A stretch of 63,268 nt of DNA, counting the filler, from Asterionella formosa (Eukaryota), in the NCBI GenBank assembly GCA_002256025.1. It is 9 parts of 9 records of this genome, joined end to end, with 100 filler letters (N's around TTAATTAATTAA, not from the genome) between each part and the next. Parts side by side here need not be neighbours in the genome. Positions count along the whole stretch, not along the records: positions 1 to 6,960 come from NKIB01012564.1; positions 7,061 to 14,010 come from NKIB01012565.1; 7 more parts are not named here. One strand, 5' to 3'. Positions 1 to 11,024 of the stretch are shown one piece after another. Below the pieces are notes generated by a model. That model did no database searches, was not told the origin of the DNA, and saw nothing but the letters and a program-made list of their open reading frames with translations. The translations under genes and the position numbers were made by a program. Position 1 is the stretch's first letter; each line of letters begins with the position of its first letter.

Positions 1-1223
1 GTCTTCTTGACTTGATCATACAGTTCTTGCCCTGTAAAGAATTCATTTTGAGCCTCGCATGCCGCTATACCAAGCGCAATAACAGCATCGTAATTCGTGT
101 GTTCATAAGGTCCTTTTGTAACTTCTGCTGCCGAAAGATTGTAAAAATCGAAAATAGTTGGATCATGTTGGTTCGCAATAAAGTCTGCATGAATATTTGG
201 GTCCATACGAAACTCCTCCAGCGTGCTAGCCAAGTTTTTGTTAACTGGTACCTTAATCTGTACAACACCCATTCCTTGCATCGCTGCGGCAATTTCAGGC
301 TCCTTGCGTAAGTCAATAGAAAGTTGTATGAATTCCAGTCCTTCCCCAAACATCCATACATGCTCTGAATTGCCAGCATTCCCTAAGCGGTATCCTTCTG
401 CCAAAAGAAACTTCCAAGATAGCTCAGTAACGATAGCGTATACATATTTGTACTTGCTCGCCTGTATCTTTTGTACAGCTGATCTCATCGAATCCTCGTC
501 GTCATCTCGAAATGGTAAGGACAAAACGGTCATTCGAAACTTAGACGCTGCGGCAACCAAACTCGAATGATATGCGTCCCCAAACGAATCGTTGATAAAG
601 ACAACGGCAAAGTTAGTGACACCCAACGACTGAAAGTAAAGAACCACTGCGTTGCTATCTCCAGTATTTGTAGGAACGGTCCGAGCAAACAACGGTGCGT
701 CGGCCTTTCGATCCAGGTCCGACGAAGTCGAAGAAGGGCTTATTTGTGGGATTTGGGTAGCGCCGCTTAACACGGCCAGCGGCTTGGACTCAGCCGAAGA
801 ATAGGCACCGACGACGCCTGTTGGAAATGGTTCTGTTAGTGTTCCATATACTGCCTGGTAGAATATTCGAGAACCAAACAAGACGTCTTGCCTTGTATCC
901 GCAAGGTGCATCGTAAAGTAGAAGTCACAGGACGCTAAGCGCTCGGCGAGACCAGGAACAACGGCCGAATTTCTGTCATTGAAGTGTCTCAGCGCCATGT
1001 ACGCCCCCGCTTCCTGGTATACCAGATAATCAGCTGGTGTAAACGTTATAGTGCCATTCTCGTCCTTGTCAGCAATGGTCAGTGGCATGAGCTGGAGCAA
1101 GTGACCAAGGCGGACAGTGTTGTTTACTCTGACGACTGAGGATCCCTCCATGGTCACAAGTGAACCATCCCTGGATTTTCTGATGTCGTTGAAGTACGAT
1201 AGAGAATAGCTTTGGGTGTTCAT
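1..1223 (-). CDS. Class C GPCR / GABA-B receptor-like protein, N-terminal Venus-flytrap (ANF_receptor) domain; runs off the contig start
   Basis: Hand translation of an open minus frame from ATG 1223 to base 1 (absent from the ORF track because it has no stop): ...EAGAYMALRHFNDRNS...GVVGAYSSAESKPLAVLSGATQIPQISPSSTSSDLDRKADAPLFARTVPTN...NDSFGDAY...VWMFGEG...NYDAVIALGIAACEA. An upstream signal-peptide exon near 1320-1440 is possible. Confidence 0.85.
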   Translation of the reverse strand, partial: MNTQSYSLSYFNDIRKSRDGSLVTMEGSSVVRVNNTVRLGHLLQLMPLTIADKDENGTITFTPADYLVYQEAGAYMALRHFNDRNSAVVPGLAERLASCDFYFTMHLADTRQDVLFGSRIFYQAVYGTLTEPFPTGVVGAYSSAESKPLAVLSGATQIPQISPSSTSSDLDRKADAPLFARTVPTNTGDSNAVVLYFQSLGVTNFAVVFINDSFGDAYHSSLVAAASKFRMTVLSLPFRDDDEDSMRSAVQKIQASKYKYVYAIVTELSWKFLLAEGYRLGNAGNSEHVWMFGEGLEFIQLSIDLRKEPEIAAAMQGMGVVQIKVPVNKNLASTLEEFRMDPNIHADFIANQHDPTIFDFYNLSAAEVTKGPYEHTNYDAVIALGIAACEAQNEFFTGQELYDQVKK

Positions 1224-2089
1224 CCCAAGATCGCTCTGTTTGTAAATCTCAGAAACAACTCTACTGGAAGTATACCGGCACTTGGTTGCAAATCTTCACT
1301 TCAAAAAGTAAAATATTTTTTACAGGCACTTTTCGTCAACGAATAAATTAGATTGATAAACAATCCGTGATGATGTTGTCATGAATCCAGTAGAACATCC
1401 ATACACGAGAAAATATACTGATATGCACATAGGACATGATACTGTATGAATTAAGTGATGCCGAATGTCCCCATGAAAAGAGGAAAAGGTCACAGACATA
1501 ATTTATACCAGTTTGTCTATCATGTACCGGTAAATACCGGTAACTAGAGAACACTTCACAGGATCAAGTCACGTTCGATTCCTCCTTCGACTTTACTACA
1601 GACACTATGACCGACGATCGCTTGCTGAGATACCGGCATGTGCATTCTTATACGTTGAACCGTTAGTGGAATTCCAGAGAAGCCTTTTCCCAAGCCAGGA
1701 AACGCCGTTCGCATTTCCAAGATTAAAAAAGTAGTCCTCGCCGTTCCATTTTATATCTTTATTTGCTTTTGAAAAGAACACATTCATGTTTCGAATTTAA
1801 CATGTACCAATATGTGATACTATTTCGCATGCGCCAAGCATTTCCATGCCCTTGATCATGGTGGGGCAATATTAACTAATGACGTCCGGGTATGTTCTTT
1901 CCTAACAATAATGGACCCATTTGAGAATAGACACTGTGGCCTCGTCATCGATGTAGCACAGTTGGCATAATGGGTGCATGCAAAGGTAAATATTAGCATA
2001 ACCAGTGCAGTACTGTTACTGGTAAAATTCAACCCAAGTTGCATTTTTTCTGTACGGGAAATGATGGTACATGGTACTTTGACATTATT

Positions 2090-4379
2090 GACGAAATTCT
2101 ACCAAAGTAGTATTTTTCTGTAGGGCTCCGGTAATGTTCTACTCTGGACAGGTCAATACTGTCCGGTACCCCTCCCTTGCTTGACCGTGGTGAAAATATG
2201 GTATAGAGAAAGGCAAAAATTCTACCCAGTAGTACTGGAGGTAGAATTTTTCTTAAAATTTTGGTAGAATATTCTACCAACGGACCGATGGAACCCTGCA
2301 GTATGCCATGGTATTGTCGAAGTACCGGTAGTGGTGCCAGTACCAGGGTACCTGGTGCAGCACTGGTACTGGTACCTGATACTGGTACCCTGGTACCAGG
2401 CATGTGTAGGTGGTGAGTACTTTTGGGCACAACTCGTACCTGTACCTGCGTACCTGGTGCACTGGCTGTGTTGTGTCATGTTGAGGGATTATAATAATGG
2501 TAAAACATCATGATTGCATCCCTGTCAAAAGGCAGTTGTTTTCTCATTTCCTTGGCCATTTTCCTGAGACAGAGTGTATGGACCAATGCACTAACCCAAA
2601 AAACCAAAAAACAGTGGGTTTTCTGCTATGAACTGACAATCCAGCAAATGCTAAAGAAAGATCTAGACAATTCTGCAAGATGATGTGCATGCAGGAAAAT
2701 CATGAGTTTTGACAATTGAACAATGATAAATTGTCAAAACAGGATCTCTAAGTAATCATTAACACATACAAGTTGAAATGAATGCTCCTGAGATGATATT
2801 GTTTGAATGAGGGTTGCACATATCGTGGTGGTCAGTGCTGGGCAGTGTTCCTGATAAAGTTGCTTTTGCTGCAACAAATGCCAACAGCAACCCAAAATGG
2901 AAATGTCTACCATATGATATCAAGGTGATCAATCCTAAACAATGTCAGAGGTAACAAACAGAGTTGAATGATTAAAACCAGTGAGCTAAAAAGTTTTTTA
3001 ATCTATTTTCGATCGCTTGGTTGAGCTGGGCTTGAAAAAATGATGATGTGAGCCCTGTATGTCATTGTGAACCTTTCTAGTCACCTAGCAAGAGTACCCA
3101 TGATGTGCAAGACATCGGGGATTATAAAACATTCTTAGTTTATTTATTTCAAGTTCAATGCTGACTTTGAGACTGACTAAGTATATATTACTCATGAATT
3201 CCTGGTTACTAGAGTATAAGTTCTACTTTCTTTGTAGAGGTGACCGTTTAACCATAAGGAAATCACTGTATGATATCCTACTTAGAAATCAAACATTGTA
3301 ATAAGTGTTCTGAAATGTGTGTTTATGCCTTTTACTAGGCTAAATGTTAGTAGAACATGTCTATAGCTGATGAATCATATAGTATCTGGGGTTGGTTTAC
3401 ATAGCCACACTATCCCAATATGTCAGATCCATTCTTGAGCTACTAGCTAAAGTTCTACTTTAGTAGAGCTTTTGGAATAGTCAACATTTGCTATGTTTGT
3501 TGTAACTTTTTAAATAGCCTTATGTGTACTAGGCTACCCAGCCAAGCAATGTACCATAGGTCCATGTTGCACAGCTTGCTCTAGGAACCAACAAACCAAC
3601 AATCAAGCAGGTATTACGGACAAACAAGCAAACATGGATGTGGGTCCTGATTATAAAAGTAACCTTCCAAGACACCAAACTAAACTTGTTCCTTGGTAAG
3701 AATAGGAAGTTGGAATTTCAGAACGAAAAAACCAGAAAGGCTACTATTTACAAGCAGCAGGGCAGGGCAGGGAGCCGGATGATGAAATATGCATCTACTA
3801 TTGGCAGCACAAGGTTGTCTGGGATGCAGTGGTGACTCTACTAGCTAGTAGTTTGAGTGGGTACATGGCACATGTAGCCCTAGACTAAATCTATGAGACA
3901 CATGGTCAGGATAAGATTGTTACTCACATTCTTGTCAACCAAATGTTGAAAGGTTGCAGTGGTGGTGGGCATCCACAACTACAGCCGTGTTAAGCTAGAT
4001 AAATGCATATACTACTAAAAAATAACATACATCCTTAATTCATTAAATTCAAATTTCATTTTCAATGTTATGTACCTTGTTAATTCATTGCCTGTTTCTT
4101 ACCTGGTATAAACACCAGACCAGTTGAATCAGCATTACACACAACAACGAAGCTACTAGTACCTGGTAGCTAAATCCGGCAACACCAGGTGCTGGTACCA
4201 GGTACCTGGAACATACCGTAGTACCAGGTACCAGGTACTTGGTACCAGCAAAGGTGGCACCGCCCACTCCCACACAGTGCATGCTTTGTACGTGAATAAT
4301 GATAGTTAACTAGTGCACTAGTTTTCACTAGTACGACAAAATATGGTAGTATTGGGGGTAGAATTAATTGTCAATACTG
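2090..4379 (+). mobile_element. Degenerate CryptonS-like element, family A, internally deleted copy
   Basis: 2380-2512 and 2510-4379 align with 14255-14395 and 15108-16990. About 710 bp of the recombinase region is missing at a TCAT microhomology (~2510). GGTAGAAT/ATTCTACC motifs occur near both ends. The left boundary is approximate. Confidence 0.65.
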
Positions 4380-5225
4380 TGCCAGTATTGACAACATTTT
4401 ACAGTGGTAAAATTAGGTACTAACCTCCAAGAATTTCAACCCGGTTGCATTGGCCAAATGGATGGCTGTGAAGACTTGCTTATGGTAAACCAAACCCAAG
4501 CTAAAACAACAATCCAACATATGGTAGTTGGAAAATACAAGAAAGCATTGTCCTACTTCATGCCACTCTGGTTCTCGACTTAGAATGTCATGACCAACTG
4601 TGGAACAAACCCAACCAGATCTGTGTTTGTTATTGACCTAATCTAGGCTGTAAAGAAAAAGGAGGTCCGGGAGCAAGGAAAAGCATCAGCAGCTTGTCGT
4701 CCACTTGAAGCCGAAGAATTTAAAAACACAAGAATTGCACTTCAAAGATGCAAAGACAGTATCCGCCACTACCAGATGGTTTCTCTATGTTCCTTGCAAT
4801 TCCACGTGGTTGGCCGGATTGACAACTGTTTCCAATTGAAGAAGGAAAACTTGAAGCCCAATCTTTGTTTTCCCTTTACCCTGATATGTTAGCTGTGTTG
4901 GTCCAAGAATGTCAAGGATGAGAGGTATGCACCAGATCTATTCCTCATGGTTGCAATGGAGCCACAGTTTTGTGTGCTACTCAACTTGGCAATCCACCTC
5001 GAGACAGAAGGAATGTCAAATGGCAGCTCACTGGAGAATGAATGGGTGTTTCCTCTTGGAACCATAATCCTCAGAATGCAAAAAATAAGGCATATTTTTC
5101 CTGCAAGCAGATGAAGTTTGGTCAGACAGTGAGTTCAACACCAGGATAGGCATCATTGTATTAATCGGAACACACAGCCTTTTTAAATATTCCTCAACCG
5201 ATGCACGAAGGAATGGATGCTCCTG
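4380..5225 (+). pseudogene. CryptonS-type tyrosine recombinase remnant (family B)
   Basis: Across stops and frameshifts it reads: LAKWMAVK..YGKPNP, KYKKALSYFMP, NPTRSVFVIDLI*AVKKKEVREQGKASAACRPLEAEEF, LQFHVVGRIDN, CWSKNVKDERYAPD..FCVLLNLAIHLE, LIGTHSLFKYSSTDARRNGCS. This is the motif series of stramenopile Crypton recombinases. Confidence 0.8.
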
Positions 5226-5389
5226 CGTAGCGTGCAAGTTGCTCGTTTTCTGTTCATTGATTATACGAGAAAAGGCAGGGGTAAACCCCCCAAAATTGTC
5301 GAATCCCTAAAATTTGCGCTACTCCGTTATTCTTTAAATAGTTGTTTACATAGACGTTAAGCCGTTGGCCGTTTGATTGTCAAAATGAA

Positions 5390-5985
5390 CTTGAAGTCAG
5401 TAGTTGGTAAGTTGAAGTCAGCAGTCAGCGATTTCATGTCAGCAGTCAGCGATTTTTTCAAAATTTCAGCAAATCAAGTCAGCAGTCAGCGAAACGAAGT
5501 TCGCAGTCAGTAGTTAGCAAGTTGAAGTCAGCATTTTTAGCTATGATAGTACATCATGGTAGCAATATGAAGAAGTAGGTACATAGCAATGATTTTATCA
5601 GGCCTCTACAGGTCGGTAAGTCTATTTCACAGTTTTTATCATGTACGGAGTACCAGGAACCTCTTTGTTACTCCCAGTACCAGGTAGTATGAACATAGAA
5701 GGCATCGCGTTTAGTATCCCAATAACGGAAAGATGCGTTTCCATCGTTATTCAAATATGAAAAGTAAAAATGCTTTGAACATTGGTACCGGTAGTTGGTC
5801 TCTTCCTGTGTACAAAGTAGGTTGCTTGACATCAGCATATTGAAGTTAGCAGTCAGCGACTGCATGTCAGTAGTCAGCAAATGAAGTCAGCAGTCAGCGA
5901 ATATTTCAAATTTTCAGCAAATCAAGTCAGCAGTTAGCAACAAGAAGTCCACAGTCAGCAAGTTGAAGTTAGTAGTCAGCGATTC
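5390..5985. repeat. Two ~150-bp direct-repeat blocks built from (T)GAAGTCAGCAGTCAGCGA-like units
   Basis: Blocks at ~5390-5535 and ~5840-5985 share unit order, e.g. TTTCAGCAAATCAAGTCAGCAG in both. Confidence 0.75.
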
Positions 5986-6544
5986 TGCTGTGAAAGGTGG
6001 CAGCGCTTTTCCGTTTGAAACTTTATAACGGTTACAGGTAGTATTAATAAATGGAAATATTTTGAGATTTTTCATCATTTCGGAATTGGTGAGCTGGTCA
6101 GACTTCCAATGAAGTACCGGTAGTTTGAAATCGCTACGTGGTATTTTTAGTAAATATTGCGCGCAGTGCGCTGATTACCGGACCTTCCAGGTGAAGCATA
6201 ATATCAGTACTTTCTGTACCGGGTATTAGGGTTGTATGGATGGGTGTGGTCCGCCCGAGGTAGAAGTCATTCTCGTGTGTACATTTTATACCGACCATTT
6301 TTTAGATGTCGGTTTGACCTAAAATTCAGGGTGTGAATAGGTAAGTACCCGAATGGCACGACGATAGCTGGAGAGGGAATTGTATAGTCAGCATTGACCA
6401 TGATGTCAATATTGCCACCAAGCAATATTTTTCTTGCAGTACTAATGTGCTTTGCAACCTTGCTACTACGAGTTCTATGTATCAATATTCAGCTAGAGGG
6501 AGACAATAGTGCTGGAACAGCCTGGCAGTCACGCTTGCTCAAAT

Positions 6545-6576
6545 TGGAATGGAATGGAATGGAATGGAATGGAATG
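6545..6576 (+). repeat. (GGAAT)6 microsatellite
   Basis: Read directly from the sequence. Confidence 0.95.
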
Positions 6577-6960
6577 ATCAGAGTTGTTTGATGGGAGGAA
6601 CAACTTTGGGCGGAAGCGCTCTTGCTACTTGTGTCAGGCTACTATAGCTATGTGCATGGCTGGTTGCAGCAACCAGATCACCTACGCCACATAATGATGC
6701 AGATCTCAATTGGCTGGGTTTAGCTTTTTTCTTCATTTCTGTTTTATTTCGCTCTTTGATTGTGTGATGGAAAGGCAAGAATGTTGCCTACTACAATGGA
6801 TACATCGCCACTGAAACTCCTCTTTTAACCTATTGTTTCTAAACCAAAACAATATTTTCTATTTCTCATTTGACGCTACTTATTACATCGCATTTCATAC
6901 TTTGGTTGCTCCAAACATCATGTTCAATTTTCGTTGATGTTGCATGTTACAATCATTCTC

Positions 6961-7060
6961 NNNNNNNNNNNNNNNNNNNNNNNNNNNNNNNNNNNNNNNN
7001 NNNNTTAATTAATTAANNNNNNNNNNNNNNNNNNNNNNNNNNNNNNNNNNNNNNNNNNNN
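6961..7060. other. Artificial contig spacer N44-TTAATTAATTAA-N44 (first of eight)
   Basis: Identical 100-bp spacers also at 14011-14110, 21055-21154, 28095-28194, 35136-35235, 42174-42273, 49212-49311 and 56245-56344. The 12-mer puts stops in all six frames. Confidence 0.97.
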
Positions 7061-7627
7061 TGGATATTGTCAATAGCCTTACTCAATCTACTGATGCTGT
7101 TTGGTGGATCTCAGTCATTTTGGTGTATCTCCTCCCCATGTGTTGCTTGTCAAATCTTGTGCTTCTTTCATCTGTTTGTTGTTCAGTATGTACTGAACAG
7201 GTACGGTGGGATGGAAATGGTCTGTCTGGATCTAATTTGGATGCGTGGACATCGTCAATAGCCTTACTCAATTTACTGATGCTGTTTGGTGGATCTCGGT
7301 CATTTTGGTGTATTTCCATGAGTTACTTGTCAAATCTTGTGCTTCTTTCATCTTTTTAATGTTCAGTATGTACTGAACATGTAGGGTGGGATGGAAACAG
7401 TCTGTGGATCTGATTTGGATGCTTGGATATTGTCAATAGCCTTACTCAATCTACTGATGCTGTTTGGTGGATCTCAGTCATTTTGGTGTATCTCCTCCCC
7501 ATGTGTTGCTTGTCAAATCTTGTGCTTCTTTCATCTGTTTGTTGTTCAGTATGTACTGAACAGGTACGGTGGGATGGAAATGGTCTGTCTGGATCTAATT
7601 TGGATGCGTGGACATCGTCAATAGCCT
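7061..7627 (+). repeat. Satellite with alternating 185/178-bp monomers (363-bp higher-order dimer)
   Basis: Units start at 7061, 7246, 7424 and 7609 (TGGAyATyGTCAATAGCC). Units 1 and 3 are essentially identical; unit 2 is a variant. Confidence 0.92.
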
Positions 7628-7653
7628 CCTAACCCTAACCCTAACCCTAACCC
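7628..7653 (+). repeat. Telomeric-type (CCCTAA)~4 tract
   Basis: cctaaccctaaccctaaccctaaccc, the reverse complement of TTAGGG repeats. Confidence 0.9.
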
Positions 7654-7668
7654 AAGTCAGATTAGTCT

Positions 7669-8907
7669 ATGGCAGAAAAAGAAATGGAGAGTGAGTCAGC
7701 ATCTTCTTCAGATTCATCCTCCAGTTGTTCCTTCAGCAAACAAAATGTGAGCAAATCCAAAATCGCATCGGTTCTCATGAGTAGTGACGAGGACTTACTC
7801 GAAGAACCGGCTCTGAACAAGCCCAATGTCAGGAATATAACGTTGTTTAATCCGAGGCAGGTCAACAGCAAAGCAGGCAAGCTCAACCAGGCCGTTCAAT
7901 TTATGCAGGGATACTAACGTCGGAAAACAAGAAAAATAGAATTCCACAAGAAAGCACCTCACCAATGGAGATAGAGGAACTCACTGCAACTCATGTACCG
8001 AGAGTCACTTCATCAACCTGCTACCAGGTCAAACCAAAACTCCATCTTGGAAAAGAATGGAGCTTTGGCATCAGCATCCATGAAGCCGGATTTTCAGGCA
8101 ACTAGAGTTAGCGAATTAAATATTTCAAGTGGACTAAATATATTCTCCTGAAAGGTCAAAATCAGAGTAGTTCTTCCAAAAAATACAGTGTTTGCGGAAC
8201 AAGTCAAACTCTTTGAACCTATTCTAGAGAAGCTTTTGTTACTCATGAAGCATTTAGACTCTACCCCTCAAAGGAAAGTGATGGAGTCCAGGAGTTGTTT
8301 AAACTTGACAACACGGCACAAAATGAATTCATCAAAATTACAGAGGGATCTCGCCAATCATACATTGATGCATACATCCATGTGAGGTCCAAGAGCACAT
8401 ACATGAAACTCAAACGATTTACTCTACCCTTTCTAAAAGAAAATAATATTTTTCTCGATGAGTATAAGCTTAATAGTCTAGAGGAAGTACAGGTGGGATG
8501 GCTGTTTGGAAAAAGTAGCTTCGCAGTATCAGATGATAGCAATATCTCTCAGACCTTATACTATCAAATCAGAAGTCAGGGGATAAAATACTCGAAATTT
8601 GGGATTGAAATCAAAACATTTGCATATTTCATAAGTTCAAGCAAGAGTACATCACAGGCAACATATCACGCGATGGCAAAACTTTTGCCCATCAGGTCGG
8701 ATTACACTGTGGGTTTTGTTGAATACCAAGCCCTAAATTTTGCAGCAAGCCAGGACCATGCTACAAGTTTACAAACCAAACAGATGTTCTCAGACATAGA
8801 CACAAGTTTAAGATTCAAGGGCAAGACAACTACTTTCCGACATTTTATGCTCGAGTCAGTGGAATCAATGTGCAATTGCTTGATGTGCAACGCAAACTAC
8901 ACCCCAG
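7669..8907 (+). pseudogene. Degenerate ORF, possibly ORF1 (gag-like) of a non-LTR retroelement; cut at ~8908 by a DNA transposon
   Basis: Fragments 7669-7917, 8188-8385 and 8295-8907 (S/E-rich N-terminus; ...FLKENNIFLDEYKLNSLEEVQVGWLFGKS...). The resemblance to diatom non-LTR ORF1 proteins is from memory only; no RT is present. Confidence 0.35.
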
Positions 8908-11024
8908 CGTCTGCAAATAAAAAGTATCATGCATATAGGATCAAGGGTATTGTACGCTAAGTGGCACGGGATTTTCGTATATATGATAATTTTTGGATCA
9001 AAAATATGATCATGGTATCTTGTAACTATGATGATTTATCTTAATATTTTACCGACCTTGAAGTATAATGGTAATAAGAACATTATCATCACACAATGTA
9101 TATCAACTGATCAACAATATTTCCCATCAATATCATAAACCTTCTCATATTATTTTCACTTCTCGTGATTGCCTGATGTAAATTATAACTACAACGTATC
9201 CTAAAACCAGCTCGACTCTATGCTATCATGTGAATTGTTTCATTGTAAATCTATCGTAAACATGATCATAATTCTAATCAAAAGCATTGTTCAAAATAGA
9301 TTGAAATGGATCGTAATTCAACTAGTATCTAATTAAGCAATGCTATCTATTAATCTACATGCCAGCGACCCAACGTTTCTCTCTCTACTCGGCTCAATGT
9401 ATATTTTTCCTGTCTCACCCTTTTCTTCCTCTTTTCTGAATCTTTTGCCAAGATTGTGCCAAGCAATGCCTTACTAATGTTGTGTCTCTCTCCCTGCTGT
9501 TAGTGTCATTGTGAACTCGCCGGCTATTCCGTTTGATCGGTTTTATTTTCCTATGCATGCAGTTACAGTAACAATGAGAAGGAATGATTTGTTAGCTAGT
9601 GATGTTACAATGACACAAGAACACGCAATTCTACCGTTTCCTCTTGCTTTACTTACCACAAATCAATGCAACTGATGCATAAGTCTGTAATAGTAACTTG
9701 TCAGTAAGCCAAATTCTTGAATAAGTAAGTTTCGGGTATCCAATGTTGTCGAATAAAACTTACCGGTTCATTTTTGTCAGCTTAACTTTGAGAAAAGGTA
9801 AACATTTTGTCAGTTTTGTTCCAACAGAAAAGAATAGGTCCAACAAGCGACAAGAGCACTTGTGCAATTTTGTTTTGTTTTACATTGGTGCTCCTCAACA
9901 AGCAAAACGAGCTGTTGAATCAACTGAGAAAAAAGGAAATTTGCGTTTAGTTAACAATTTGTTGTTGTGCTGCCTGCCTCCCAACGATTTTCATCCAAGT
10001 ACCACATTGATGGCTTCATTACCTTATTCATTCTCCATCCTTCGAATGCGCAATTTGTCGAAGCCCCAATGTTTTTCGTTATGTATTGCGTAAATTTTCT
10101 TTTCTTATCATGTGCTTTACTACGACGTATCTTTTCATGAAGTTAACATGACAGAACGATTTCAAGAATATATATGCCATGAATATAGTAATAAAATTTG
10201 TAAATATATATATATATATATATTAAGTGTTATACATTTAAAAATTCAAAGGCGCTCTCGATATGGAACATCTGATATGGTTGAGATGGCCATACTCGCA
10301 TACACATAATTCGAAAATACTCAATGAACTATATGTCCATTGTTTTCCACGACTACGTGTACTGGAATTGTTTCTGAAATTTGTTTGCATCGATATTTTC
10401 TACGTCCGTTGAAACTAATTATTTAGACCCTTCAATTGCCGCAAGGGTTTTGGTAGCAAATTGTTAAAGCCACTTTTTTGGTCCGGAGCCCTTCATGTGT
10501 ACCGGTACATAATATGACAATAACAATATATCATATATAGTATATACAGAGTACCAGTAGCAGGTAGTAAGTGATAAACTGGGGGTAGTCGGAGTAGTAA
10601 ACTAGCAACAGAAAACCATATGTTCAGGACTGTTGCTACTGCGGTGGCACAGTAAATCATCATAGTATTAGGATCATATGATCATAAAACTAAAAACCAA
10701 TAAAACACCATATGTTCAGGACTGTTGCTACTGCATTGGAACAGTAAATCATCATAGTTATAGGATTGTATTGTTCAATGAACTCAATCACTACAAAGGT
10801 CGCAATTCGGTTCAAAAACAGTCCATACAAGGTTATCAAGACTCTTCAAATTCAGCAGCCTTATCAGAACGTCGTTCTCGCTTAGCTAAAATTGAACCAT
10901 CAATTGTCATAAAGGTTGTGAGTTTTAGTTGCTTTCAAGACCAAGAAGTTTTGCTGTGAACATGTAAGTTTGATGTTTTAGTTTGTGAATTGCAGGTACT
11001 GCGAAACAGAAATATCAATCAAAT

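Noticed and set aside
2029..2513. Overlapping VPGT/WYQV-rich short ORFs (also 4085, 16607-16941, 59113-59466, 60623-60953)
   Set aside because: They are by-products of stop-poor palindromic GGTACC/CCWGG tracts, not coding sequence.
7005..7016. Recurrent TTAATTAATTAA as a biological motif
   Set aside because: It is always centred in exactly 44+44 Ns, so it is a synthetic six-frame stop linker.
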